The notes under the pieces were generated by a model. The model was not told the origin of the DNA. It saw nothing but the letters and a program-made list of their open reading frames with translations, and did no database searches. From contig MU054187.1 of assembly GCA_013239625.1 (NCBI GenBank), positions 24,864,433 through 24,928,432 on the forward strand: a stretch of 64,000 nucleotides of DNA, written 5' to 3'. Both the position numbers and the translations under genes were made by a program. Positions 12,887-24,530 of the stretch are shown here, piece by piece. The stretch's first letter is position 1. Every line of letters begins with the position of its first letter. The DNA is from Lama guanicoe (lineage: Eukaryota).

Positions 12887-13540
12887 CTTTTGAGTTAAAT
12901 TTTGTGTATGGTATAAAGTAAAGATCTAAGTTTATTTATTTACATATGGATATCAAATTTCAGCATCACAGGAAAGGACTTCTTTTCCTATTTAATTGTC
13001 TTGACAGCTTTGCTGAATCTGGACACTCATTTCTGTTCTGATATTAATGTCTGTTTATGTACTGATTTCATACTGTCCTGATTACTTTTAATTGTATTGC
13101 TAGTTTTGATATTGGGCAGTTGAAATCTTCAATTTTTTCCTCTTTTTTCAAAATTGCTTTGACACTTACAGGTCCTTCACATTTTCATAAAATTTCGGGC
13201 CAGCTTGGCAGTTTGTACATGAAAGCCTGCTGTAATTTAACAGAGACTGAATTGTATATAAAGATCCACCTGGGAATGAATTGCCATTTAATAATATTGA
13301 ATTTCTTACTACATAGGCATAGAATGATGCTTCGTTTATTTAGATTATGTATCATTTCTGTCAGGAATGTTTTGCAGTTTTCAGCCTATAAACTTTGCAC
13401 TCTTTGTTAAATTTATTCCTACGTATTTTGTTCATTTTGAGGCTTTTGCAAATGCAATTATTTTAAATTTCACTTTCAGATTGTTTACTGGTAGTATGTA
13501 GAGATACAGTTGATTTTTATACTTTAATCATAAGTTCTGT

Positions 13541-13979
13541 TGTTACCAAGTCCAAGCTTGCCACACAACAGGCCAATAAATCAGGAGACGAGGTGTTGGG
13601 GCAAGGAATAATGACTATTCAGAAAGCCGACAGACCAAGAGGATAGCAGACTAATGTCTTGGAGAACCATCCTGCTCCAGGCAGAATACGGCCTCTTTTT
13701 TTTAACAATAAAACAAACAAAACAAAACAGGGGAAGGGGTGTGGTTGGTTGTTGCAAACTTCGTGCTGTAGAAATTGTTTGTTCCTGCAGCTGTCCATGT
13801 GGGTCAGGCATGGTGCTTCTGCAAAACCTGCAAAAAAACAAATGCTATTCTCTATTCTGCAACTTTGTTATCTTTACGTGAGTGCAGAGCTAGCAAGGCT
13901 AAGCCTAGAAAACAGGGCACAGGGTTAAAGCTAAAGGAGCAGATCCAATACAGAGTCAGATTTGCTCTCTTACATTACA
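13541..13979 (-). mobile_element. Solo LTR, ERV1 (gamma-like) class
   Basis: TG...CA termini (tgttac...ttaca) and a 4-bp TSD CTGT at 13537-13540 and 13980-13983. Inserted into an L1. Strand inferred from LTR style. Confidence 0.85.
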
Positions 13980-14527
13980 CTGTGACCTTGTAAAGCTCAT
14001 TCATCAGTTCCAGTATTTTTGTGAATTCCTTAGGGTTTTCTATGTTCTGAACAATTAACCTGCAAATAAAGACATTTTTACTTCTCCATTTCCAATCTGA
14101 ACTTTTAAATTCCTTTTCTTCCTCCCCATTTTTCTCTTCCTCCCCCTCCTTCTCTTCCTCATCTTGTATGTAGATACTCTCTCAATTATCGAGAATGGGT
14201 TATTGAAATAGTCAGCTATTGTTTTTAATTATCTGTTTCTCCTTTCAATTTTGTCAGCTTTTGCTTCATATATTCAGATAATCAGTTCTAGGTGTGTATA
14301 CATTTATGATTGTTATATATTTCTGGCTTTTATCATAAAATATCCTTCTACGTCTCTTATAATATTTCTTATTTTAAAGTCTGTGTCTAATGCTAATATA
14401 GCCACTACAGCTCTCTTATGGTTACTGTTTGCATTTTATGTTTTTCTACCCTTTTACTTTCAACCTATTTGTAGATTTGGAATCTAAGGTATATCTTTTT
14501 TGGACAAGATATTTTTAGGTTTTGCTT

Positions 14528-14572
14528 TTTTATTTTTTATTTTATTTTATTTTATTTTATTTTATTTTATTT
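14528..14572. repeat. (TTTTA)n repeat
   Basis: Directly visible. Confidence 0.9.
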
Positions 14573-14689
14573 CAGTCTGACAATCTTTCTCTGAATGTAT
14601 TTTAAAGAAAACCAACATCTTTTACTCTTATTCTGTTATTCATTAAATGAAAACAGGTAACACGGATGAAGAACCACAGGATAATAAGA

Positions 14690-14880
14690 AAAACAGGCTT
14701 TGCAGTTAGGAAGACCTATTTAAAATCCTGAGTTTGCTACTTGTTAATTTTGTGACCTTGGTCAAGGGGAGTTCTAAAATGTGTAAAGTGGTGGTATCTG
14801 TTTCACAGTATTGTAAAATTAAAAAAGAAACCTTAGGTAAAGTGCCCAGTAGGGTTCTAGCCAAGGCAAGTATTTAGTGA
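14690..14880 (+). mobile_element. MIR SINE remnant
   Basis: aggctttgcagttaggaagacc...aaatcctgagtttgctacttg...tgtgaccttggtcaag (MIR core). Confidence 0.6.
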
Positions 14881-16223
14881 TCAGTGCAGTTGTAGTAAGC
14901 AGCTATTAAGCTTAGCCTATTGGAAAACTCCATTAGATTCAAGATTCTTATCTTAAAATTCTCTAATCCTGATTCATTGTAACTGACTGGGGAAACTATC
15001 CCCATGCCTTTTATGATAGCAAAATTCCATGGCAGTTTTACTGGTGCATGATTATTGGATGGCTGTTGTTAATTTTCATTCATAGATCATAATTCATTAA
15101 CTAGCAGTGCTGTTTTGAATGACCTTTTGACTTCGGCATTGCAGGCAAAGCCAGCATGAATTAAAATATAAAGGTGAGGTCTATTTATCATGATGTTTTT
15201 GAGGTATATTGTGATTATCAAAGCTGAGCAAACGAAGCTTCAGTAAATGAAGCAAGATATCCCCTTCCAATTAGCCATGACACAAAATAAACAGATCTTC
15301 TGGGAAACATGCTTTAATGGAAGATGAAAAAAAAAGAGTTATTTTAAGGGCACCACAAAAATAAGGGTAAAAGAAGATAATCTGTAACAAAACAAAACAA
15401 AAGCAAACAAAGAGACTACCTGACACAAGGCAAGTTTTATTCTAGCACTTTTGTAAGTGTGTCTTTTGCAAACAAAACATTAAAAATGTTCTCAGACATC
15501 AGGGAACACTTGAAAGCTGGGTTATTTTCTATTTTTTTCTTGGAATAATAGAGCTTTGGTATAGTCAGGGCTAAATGAAACTGAGAGATTTTGCATTATA
15601 CTCTTAATTTTTTCTAGAAAAATGCTATCAATTTTTTTCTTAAAAATCATGTATGAGTCTAGGGAGAGTAGTAATTAGCAGTAAACAAATGTTTTGATAG
15701 ATAGATGGAAAACAGTTAGAATGTGCGTAGAGGTACTGCACCCAGCAGTGTGATCTGGGGCCAGGGAAATGCAAAGTAATTAAAGCACCGGTAATCATAA
15801 TGTTAGTGACAATAAACATTGTTAAAAATTATTTGGAGCTAAGTACACAGAGATTTATCTGTAAATATGCACTAAGAATATATATCTATATATGCAAGTA
15901 TATGTAGTTAACAAGGAAAATTTCACTTTCTGAAATATATTTGTGCTGATGAAGTTGAATTTGAAGTGAGTTTCCGTACAGCAAATCCTATTTTCCAACC
16001 TATCCCACTGATATAATTGGAAACATTTTTCCATGGAAAGGTAATGAAACTGAGAGGCAAATATTGGTCTGGAATTTGTTAATAAGGTTTTTACTCAAAA
16101 CCAATTTTTCAACAATCACTATGTGCCCTCTGCAACAAAGAAGCTGGGGACACAATGCTAAGTCTCAAGCTCTCTATTTCCAAGAAGTTTGTCCTTTAGA
16201 GACGCAGAGAAGTAAACAAGGAA

Positions 16224-16740
16224 TTTTTAAAATAGACTTTATTCTTTTAGAGCAGTTTCAGAATCGCAGCAGAATTGAGCAGAAAATACAGTGTTCGCTC
16301 ATAGCCCTCCCAACCTACACATACATACTCCCCTACCCTCAGCATCCCTCATCAGTGTGGCATATTTGGTACAATCGATGACCACCATGGACACATTATT
16401 ATCAACCAAAGTCCATAGTTTAGTTTAGGGTTCTCTCTTGATGTTGTACATTCTATGGGTTTTGACAAATGCATAATGACATGTAGCCACCACTATAATA
16501 TTATACAGAATAATTTCATTGCCCTAAAAATCCCTTGTGCTCCATCTATTCATTCCTCCCTCCCTCTCTCCAAACATCTAGAAACCACGATCTTTTTGTC
16601 TCTGTAGCTTTGCCTTTTCCAGAATGTCATTTGGTTGGAATTGTACAGTTTGTAGCCTTTTCAGACTGGCTTCTTTCACTTAGTAATATGTCAAATTTTA
16701 AGTTTCTTCTATGTCTTTCATGGCTTGATAGATCTTTTTT
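16224..16740 (-). mobile_element. L1MC-like 3' end (left arm of an inverted pair)
   Basis: tttttaaaatagactttattcttttagagcagtttcag, the reverse of an L1MC tail. Confidence 0.8.
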
Positions 16741-16920
16741 TTTACTGCACGTGTATCTTTTAAATTTATATATATGTATTGTTCATTGTTTCTAAGAGCT
16801 TTAGAGCTTTAGCCTTTTAAACTTACATAGTTATCAAAGGAATAAAGCCAACCACAAAATAAGAATTAATTCAAAACAATACATACACCCTGCTATTAAC
16901 AGCAACATTATTTATAATTT

Positions 16921-17272
16921 AGAGAGAGGGAGGAATGAATAGATGGAAACAAGGGAATTTTAGGACAATGAAATTATTCTGTATGATACTACAGTGGTGT
17001 CTACATGTCATTATGCATTTGTCAAAACCCCATAGAATGTACAACATCAAGAGTGAGCCCTAATGTAAACTGTGGACTTTGGTTGATAATAATATGCCCA
17101 TGTTCGTTCATTGATTGTACCAAATATGCCACACTGATGAGGCATGCTGAGGGTAAGGGAGTATATACATGTGGGTGGGGACAGCTATGTGCGAACTGTA
17201 TGTACTTTCTGCTCAGTTCTGTTGTGAACTTGAAACTGCTCTAAAAGAATAAACTCCATTAAAAAAAAAAAA
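16921..17272 (+). mobile_element. L1MC-like 3' end with polyA (right arm of an inverted pair)
   Basis: cccatagaatgtacaacatcaagagtgagccctaatgtaaac...gaaactgctctaaaagaataaa followed by an A run. Confidence 0.8.
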
Positions 17273-18276
17273 AGAATAGCAGAGGGAGGATGAAAGGGCG
17301 TGAAGAGGATGGGAAGAGAACATTTACCACAGACATAGAATGCATTTATTTAAATAGTTTTTAAAAGCCTGAGAGACTGGGTTATGTTTTCATAGTGTTT
17401 ATATTGTGATCAGCACAATGAAAAATCCATGACCAGCTTGAAATAAAAATATATCTAATACTTAGCTCAAATAATTATTTTTATATACCAGATAATCCTC
17501 AGGAAAAAAAAGCATTGGCTTTTATTTAAAATGTTTGTTAAAGCATTTAAAGCAAAAGTATTTAGAGTCCAGAACATTTGGATCTCAACTAATGAAATAC
17601 AAATTTTTGCTTATATGTGTTTAATATAATTCCACTATGCACTTGTTGGAATCAAAGAGGTCATAATTATCCCTTGAGAAAATAATTCATTTTTGTAAAA
17701 TATTGGAGCTGGGGAATACTTAATAAGTAGTGGCAGCCCTGAAATAAATACTGGAAATTTTGAATTGGCTAATTTCAAATATTATTATGGAGGTAGGTCA
17801 ATTGCACGTGGTTCAAAAGCAAATACGTGGTATGAAAGGCATCTCAATAAAGTGTTACATGGAAAAAAGCTGTAACTAAAGTGCACAACCTGAAAAGGCT
17901 AACTAGTTCATCATTTGATCTCTGTGATCTTGAAACAGGTCTGTATTGCCATGGGGGTGACAAGGAAACTAGTTAGCTTAATTAGAATTCGCTTGTGCAG
18001 TTCTGTTACTCAGCTGTGGAATTGTCCCAATGAAATTTACTTACCATGTCATCTTCTATGCATACTTTCAGGTAGCCACTTTAGGGTCTCCAACCACACT
18101 AAAAGCAAATTTGATGTTTGCTTCCCAAGTTCCATGTTTATTAACATTAGTGGATGTAAATAGTGAAGGAATAATTATTTTCCTTTGCAGTTATCAAAAA
18201 TTGAAAAATGAGAGATATTGCAAAACAACTGAAATATGTTTCTTTACTTTTTATCTGTTAAGTAATATCCCTGGAG

Positions 18277-18300
18277 GTGTGTGTGTGTGTGTGTGTGTGT
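18277..18300. repeat. (GT)n microsatellite
   Basis: Directly visible. Confidence 0.9.
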
Positions 18301-18687
18301 TACTGGTTAGACATTTTCCAGACATTTCCATAGTTCAAACTATGAAACTTACACAATTGTTAGTAGTGTTTTATGCAGGCAAAGATTAAGTCACCATAAG
18401 TCGTGGCCTGGTTAGAAACTTTGTTGGTTAATAAGCATATCCTCATAATTTAAAATTTAGGATTCAGTGAGGGAGAACTGACATGTGATGAGAAGTAGAA
18501 TGAACAGGGTTTATCTACCTATTTAATCTGTACATACATCACACAAACTGTATTTATGCATGTATGTCTATACCTATATATCCACATATGTGCATACATA
18601 TATATGTATGTGAAATGTTTAGAGATGAACTGAAGCATATTAAAAAATTTTCAAGTTAGCCAGACCTCTTCTAGCTGGCAGGCTAGC

Positions 18688-19344
18688 TTTTTTTTTAATA
18701 ACATTTTTTATTGATTTATAATCATTTTACAATGTTGTGTCAAATTCCAGTGTTCAGCACAAATTTTTAGTCATGCATGGACATATACACACTCATTGTC
18801 ACATTTTTTTCTCTGTGAGCTACCATAAGATTTGGATATATTTCCCTGTGCTATACAGTATAATCTCGTCTATTTATTCTACAATTTTGAAATCCCAGTC
18901 TATCCCTTCCCACCCTCTGCCCCCCTGGCAACCACAAGTCTGTATTCTATGTCTATGAGTCTATTTCTGTCCTGTATTTACACTTTTGTTTGTTTGTTTG
19001 TTTTTGTTTTTTAGATTCCACATATGAGCGATCTCATGTGGTGTTTTTTTTTCTGTTTCTGGCTTACTTCACTTAGAATGACATTCTCCAGGAGCATCCA
19101 TGTTGCTGCAAATGGCATTATGTTGTCAGTTTTTATAGCTGAGTAGTATTCCACTGTATAAATACACCACATCTTCTTTATCCAGCCACCTGTTGATGGA
19201 CATTTAGGCTGTTTCCATGTTTTGGCTATTGTAAATAGTGCTGCTATGAACATTGGGGTGCAGGTCTCTAGGGTTCCTTCTGGATATAAGCCCAGGAGTG
19301 GGATTCCTGTGTCATATGGTAAGTCTATTCTAGTCTTTTGATTA
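18688..19344 (-). mobile_element. Young 5'-truncated L1 flanked by a ~60-bp direct duplication
   Basis: ORF2 C-terminus ([23 protein letters not shown]) and polyT at the left end. Flanking repeats at 18628-18687 and 19345-19404. Confidence 0.92.
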
Positions 19345-19404
19345 AACTGAAGCATATTAAAAAATTTTAAAGTTAGCCATAACTCTTCTAGCTGACAGGC
19401 TAGC

Positions 19405-20666
19405 CTTTTGTTTTTTCAAACTCTCTCTCTGTCTTGGGTCTTTCCCACAGTCAGTACTCATTCCTGGGGCTTGTCGATTTCCCCCAGATCAGCAATGGGT
19501 CACTCAACATCATAAATGTCTTGTCCCATAACTGGGCTCAGCACAGATAAAAGCATCCCACACCAGGTGCTGGGGATTCGAGTATCCTGGCTTTTATGTG
19601 GCCAGATCAGGGCCCCCAAAGACAAGGTCATAGGTGGCTATCTCACTCTTAACTCTCTAAGAATTTATTGTGTATCCTTTATAGAATTCCAGGGTCCCAC
19701 ATGGCCAAGGGGATCCCCCTCATTGGGCCAAATATCCCTGGAGGCCCAAATCATCCATCTATAAGGGAGTGAGTAACTTGAGCATCTCCCCACTCCACCC
19801 CACAGCGCCATGAAGGTGCTACCGGAATCAGGGTGTGGCGTGCTGTTCATTTTCTCTGCCTCACCTTGCCTGTCAGGCAAATACCATATCCCCACCCCCT
19901 TCCCTGCTGCCCAACTCCATACCCCACAGTTGCACTAACCGTGCCTGGTTACTTCTCTGGCCTTTTTCTGGAACTTAGCAGCTATAGCAGAAAGCTCAAC
20001 AAGAGTATGTGCTCCCATCACGGACGTTTCCTGAACTGGGGGCTCCTTTGCTGGTTTGGTTGTTGCTGCTGTGCTGTTTCGCTTCCTTTCACATGGGATG
20101 TTTCCTCTGGTTCACTGTCAGTTACCACAGCATCCTCCCCTTCACTCTCCTCACCTTCCAGGGATTCCACCACTTAGCATCCCAGTCAGGTTTTGTCACA
20201 AGTGCTTGCACAGGAATTCACAGCAGCCTGCACCCTCCTTAGCTTTGCAAAACAGCATGCTGGGGTCTTCAGTTTATTGTCCTGCTCTCCCAACTGGTCT
20301 GCCAGTCCTGAAGCTAGCAGAGTGGCAGACAACTGTACATTCTCCTCTAACCTCAGCTCTTCTTTCAACTTTCTAACTTGCGTATCAGCCTCTAGTTAAA
20401 CATCAGTGGCCACACACCTGCTCATAGTAGAGGCCAACCCCTTGGGTAGCCATTCATTTCCCTCCTTTGCAGTTGTTCTTCAAACAAGCACATCAAACCA
20501 GCTGGTTTTTTCAAGGTGTATCCATACTCACTCAGTGGTCCACAAGCATCTTGCTGTATGGGTCACCCCTCCCCATACAGAGGTTGATGGCCAACTTGGG
20601 ATTCCTCTCCATCCCACACTTCTTTTCCGAGGCCCATTTCTTTGGTCTTCTGGCTGGATCACCAAT
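19405..20666 (-). mobile_element. Class III (ERVL-type) ERV internal region: leader and decayed gag
   Basis: Minus-strand peptides EEELRL-like KLKEELRLEENVQLSATLLASGLADQLGEQD and ALVTKPDWDAKWWNPW (20205-20158) resemble the ERV-L gag motif VRALIGKEWDPETW. Frameshifts and stops are present. Confidence 0.72.
20647..20664 (-). promoter_or_regulatory. Primer-binding site, tRNA-Arg(ACG)-like
   Basis: TGGTGATCCAGCCAGAAG versus TGGCGAGCCAGCCAGGAG (15/18), 2 nt after the LTR end. Confidence 0.75.
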
Positions 20667-21093
20667 TCTTGGTTTGAAAACTCCAAAGCTTCTTGGGTGA
20701 AATATGAAACTGGCTCCCATACATGGAAGGCAGGGAGAGACCAAAGAAGGAGAGAGACCACTCCAGATAGGTAGGTGGTAAGTTTAATAAGCGAGGGAAC
20801 TTACATACAATGGTGTCTTCAGTGGCTACAAGATGAGAAGATGTTTGCACCCACCCACCAGAAGCTTGAAAGTTTATATTGAGGCCTTAACTGGGTTCAC
20901 GAGAACACCACTCAGATGATCTCAACAACACATTATTTTCTCAAGGCTGTGTCTTTGAAAAAGATCCTCATTGTGGGAATGATGGGCCAAATGTACTTTC
21001 CAAGGACAGGGAAGGAGTGAGGAGCCTCCCATTGCCCAGATCAAGCTCTGGGCTCAGTCAGAAGTCATGTTTTCTTGATAATCTCCTCCAACA
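20667..21093 (-). mobile_element. 5' LTR of an ERVL-type element (MER54/73/74-like style)
   Basis: Starts TGTTGGAGGAG on minus. TATAAA at 20878-20873 and ATTAAA at 20788-20783. Followed by the PBS and gag. Confidence 0.78.
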
Positions 21094-21782
21094 GCCAGCT
21101 AACCTGAATGTGGAAAGGAAGGGACAGAGTGAAACTTTACCTTCCTTTCTTGACCAAGCACCAAAGGTAGAAATCTGGGAAAGCTTTGGTAAGAATTCTC
21201 ACTCTTTGCTCGCTTCTGCCAGTTTTCCCCTTTCTGTAGGCTCTGGTGTGAGTGGGGTGTCACCGTGGGTCTCATCCTAGTCACCAGGAACTGTAGACAA
21301 GAAAAAGAATTTTCCCTCTACACTTTATGGTGAGTGCTTTGCTGAGACCCCTTTTTCTCTAGGGCACCTCATAAATGGGTAAGCTTATCTTAAGTTAAAA
21401 GTTCTCCATTGTGGCCACTGTCATTCAAGATTATCTTTGGAAAGGTTAACTTGCTTGTTCGGCCTTAAAACAAAATTTTATTCACCCAAGGCCTCACACT
21501 GGATTCAGTTCAGCTTAAGTTGGACCTAGTCTGGTTTCTAACTCAGACTGAGTTCAACTCTGGTTGATTTCTGGACTAAATTTAGAAAAATAAATGCTCA
21601 AATAAAGTTTGAAATCTCACAATGCCAAAGCTACGGACCTAGAATCTGAGAGGGGCTTGTCCATCAGAAGGCAGTGAGGAAGCAGCAGACCCAGGGGGCT
21701 CAGCAGATTCCTGCATCTGGTTGCTTGTTGCATCCAGGGGCCGTCAGGGGTCTTCTTTGGTTCCCTCTTCTGACATCAGAGC
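21094..21782 (-). mobile_element. Leader/internal region of the outer ERV, with tRNA-Leu(CAA)-like PBS at 21761-21778
   Basis: TGATGTCAGAAGAGGGAA versus TGGTGTCAGAAGTGGGAT (15/18), immediately after the LTR. Confidence 0.7.
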
Positions 21783-22153
21783 TATTAAAAGATAAACTGA
21801 AGCATATTAAAATTTGGGGGGTTATTTGAGCAAAAACTTCATTAGAATCTGGCAGCATCCAATGTAGCAGATAGAAAGGTGCTCTGAAGAGCTGCACAAA
21901 TGAAAGACTGTTATAGGCAGAAGGGAGAAGGAACAAGGAAGTGACACTAGTCAGAAAGGCAGGCTGGTTATTGAAAGGTAACTTTCCTTTAGATACGACA
22001 GGAGTCTGTCACGTAGATTAGTCCTCTTCAGGTGATTACTGATTGACTGGTTTAAAATTTCATGTCTGGGAGAGCAGAAACTAAGTCTTGATGTGGTGAT
22101 GTGGGGCTTAGCATAAGCAACTCCATTTTGGGCCTGTTTTCTTGTTTTTACCA
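21783..22153 (-). mobile_element. 5' LTR of the outer ERV (ERV1/MER4-group style)
   Basis: Degenerate inverted termini tattaaaa ... tttttacca, adjacent to the PBS. Its terminal ~30 bp recur at 18616-18648. Confidence 0.75.
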
Positions 22154-23079
22154 GTATACATTTATAACTTCATGTATATATAAAACTTTGACCCCGAGTT
22201 TTCTCCCTGTCAATTTCTCACTTTTGCTCCATTTTCTTATCTTGTTGTTGTTGTTACTATTATTTTAGTGTTACATGTTAAAATACCTTGTTTCTCCTTG
22301 TACAATTTTGTCATGAAATAAATGCATATTTTTAGATCTTTTTCTATGTATTTTCCTATTTTCATTACTGTGAATTTTACTTTAAAAGCCCTTATTACAT
22401 GAATCTCTTGATAGCAGCCTGAATTATCTTTAATCCAAATAACAGCATGAATTCAAATTTAGACTGGATAACTCTTATTGCCAACTCGCCTAGGAACCCA
22501 TCCATCAAATTAGAGGCAAAATCAACTCCTTTAGCATCACTCTAAAGGTTAATTTCAAAACTCGATGAGGTTCACATTTGAAATTTGTGCTTCTTTCATA
22601 TAGCTCTAAATTTGGAGTTCAAAGTCCTTTTTATTTAATACATGTAATTTAAACTCTCAAATCCAAGCAAGCTGTTCCACTGGCTATATAATCAGGTCTC
22701 TGAAGAACAAAAGTTCATAAAATGATACAAAAAAGTAATACTTAGGTGAAGAAAATAGAGTAAGGATAGAATGTATCTTCACTATATTCTTGAGTGATAC
22801 AGCTTTGTGATTTGAGTTTTCATCAACTCTCCATGCTCCCCAAACCACAAGTAACATGTTTTTGTTTATTTTATTTTATTTTTTGTCAACTATAACTGTG
22901 AAAATGTATTTTCCAAGATGGAAAATTTAAGTCTGATTTATGAATTCTAGTTTTGGTGATACTTAAACTAATGGTATGGTCTTGAAAAGTCATTTCATCC
23001 TTCTGTCTCAGTTTCCTTGCCTATACATTGAAGAGGTAAGAGTAGTCTATCTTTTAATATGTTGATGCAGACTAAGATT

Positions 23080-23563
23080 TTTTTTGATTGACGTATAGTC
23101 AGTTTACTATGTGTCAATTTCTGGTGTACATCATAATGTTTCAGTCATACATATACACACATATATTCGTTTTCATATTCTTTTTCATTATAGGTTACTA
23201 CAAGATATTGAATATAGTTCCCAGTGCTATATAGAAGAAACTTACTTTTTAAATCTATTTTTATATATGATGGTTAATCTCAAACTCCCATATTTGTCCT
23301 TTCCCACCCCCTTCCCCCTGAAAACCATAAAATTGTTTACTATGTCTGTGAGTTTGTTTCTTCTGTTTTGTAGATGAGTTCATTAGTGTCTTCTTCTTTT
23401 CTTTCTTTTTCTTTTTAGATTTCACATATAAGTGACATGTGGCTTACTTCACTTAGAATGACAGTCTCCATGTCCATCCATGTTGCTGCAAATGGCATTA
23501 TTTTATTTATGGCTGAGTAATATTCCATTATATAAATACACCATAACTTCTTTATCCAGTCAG
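23080..23563 (-). mobile_element. Truncated young L1 3' end
   Basis: Same L1 tail family; peptide TDWIKKLWCIYIMEYYSA. Confidence 0.85.
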
Positions 23564-24339
23564 TGGGAAAAACACAGAGTATTGCAGCCAATGGCAACCT
23601 GGAATAGTATAGGATACAATACCTTTATTCAAGGGATTCAAAACAAACCAATTCACTAGGAGTAATCAGTGATACAAAAATTGTTCCCTATAACAAGATG
23701 CAGTAACTCCTTTTTGCCACTAGGGTATTAATAGTGCCTGGAAAGACGTAACTGCTGACTGGAACCCCAGAAGAGTTGTTGCTCCTAAGAGAGAATCAGG
23801 TAGCTAAAGCCAAGTTATTTTACCTCCTCTCCTTTTCTTTAATTGAATTTTGGTGACTTTGGGGCAAAACATAAATTATTTTTATTTAAGGATGTCATAA
23901 TTTTCCCCAATGTCTAACTTAGTTCCTTCTTGTCTCCTTTGCAGAAATAGAGATAGCAATAAAATATCCAATATGTTGCATCTTTTCTTGCTGAGGAAAC
24001 TGAGTCTGAGACAGACAAAGCAATGTCTCCAAAGCTACTCTGAAGTTCAATCAACTATCTTATACTGGGGATAGAAAGTTTCATTCTCTTACTATTCTGT
24101 TATTCATCAACTTTTTGCACTGCAGAAAACTGCAAAGATTCTCTTTCAAGTGTATGGAAAAGGTGGGCCATTGTTTCCAGAGCCAATCTGATCTATATTC
24201 TTGTTAAATAAGGAGCCTTGGGCTCCACCTATGTATACTAATTTCTTAGAGTGATTCATTTGTAACATTAAAATAGATTTAGAGGTGAAATAAATCCATA
24301 TTGCTGAAAATGTCTACACTATACAGACTGGTTTGAGCC

Positions 24340-24530
24340 TGTAGGAAGCTGCACAGTAAAGAAAGAAAACACTGGTTTGGGGTCAGAAACTTGGATTTAA
24401 AACTTGAATTAATATTTGTCACCTTTGCGACTTTGGAGTAATTATTCCACTTGTCTTATGCCCATTTCCTCATTTATAACAGAGGGATAAGATTTGCCGA
24501 AGCTGCTGAAAGTTTTAAATGAGAAGGTGC
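24340..24530 (+). mobile_element. MIR remnant
   Basis: cactggtttggggtcagaaacttggattt...tgcgactttggagtaattatt...ccatttcctcattttataacagagggataa. Confidence 0.55.

Larger units (their letters stand above)
11195..14590 (-). mobile_element. Old L1 (L1MB-like), interrupted by a younger L1 and a solo LTR
   Basis: L1 3' UTR and degenerate ORF2 (MFRAALFTTI...) continue across both insertions. Confidence 0.75.

Noticed and set aside
19405..20774. Domesticated gag-derived gene (Fv1-like)
   Set aside because: The gag homology is broken by multiple stops and frameshifts; the longest gag-frame piece in the track is under 80 aa.
20647..21778. tRNA genes (Arg, Leu)
   Set aside because: Only 18-nt complements of tRNA 3' ends next to LTRs, i.e. 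primer-binding sites.
18611..22158. TSD for the outer ERV
   Set aside because: The flanks (tgaaa versus gtata) do not match, so the outer boundaries rest on LTR-end similarity only.
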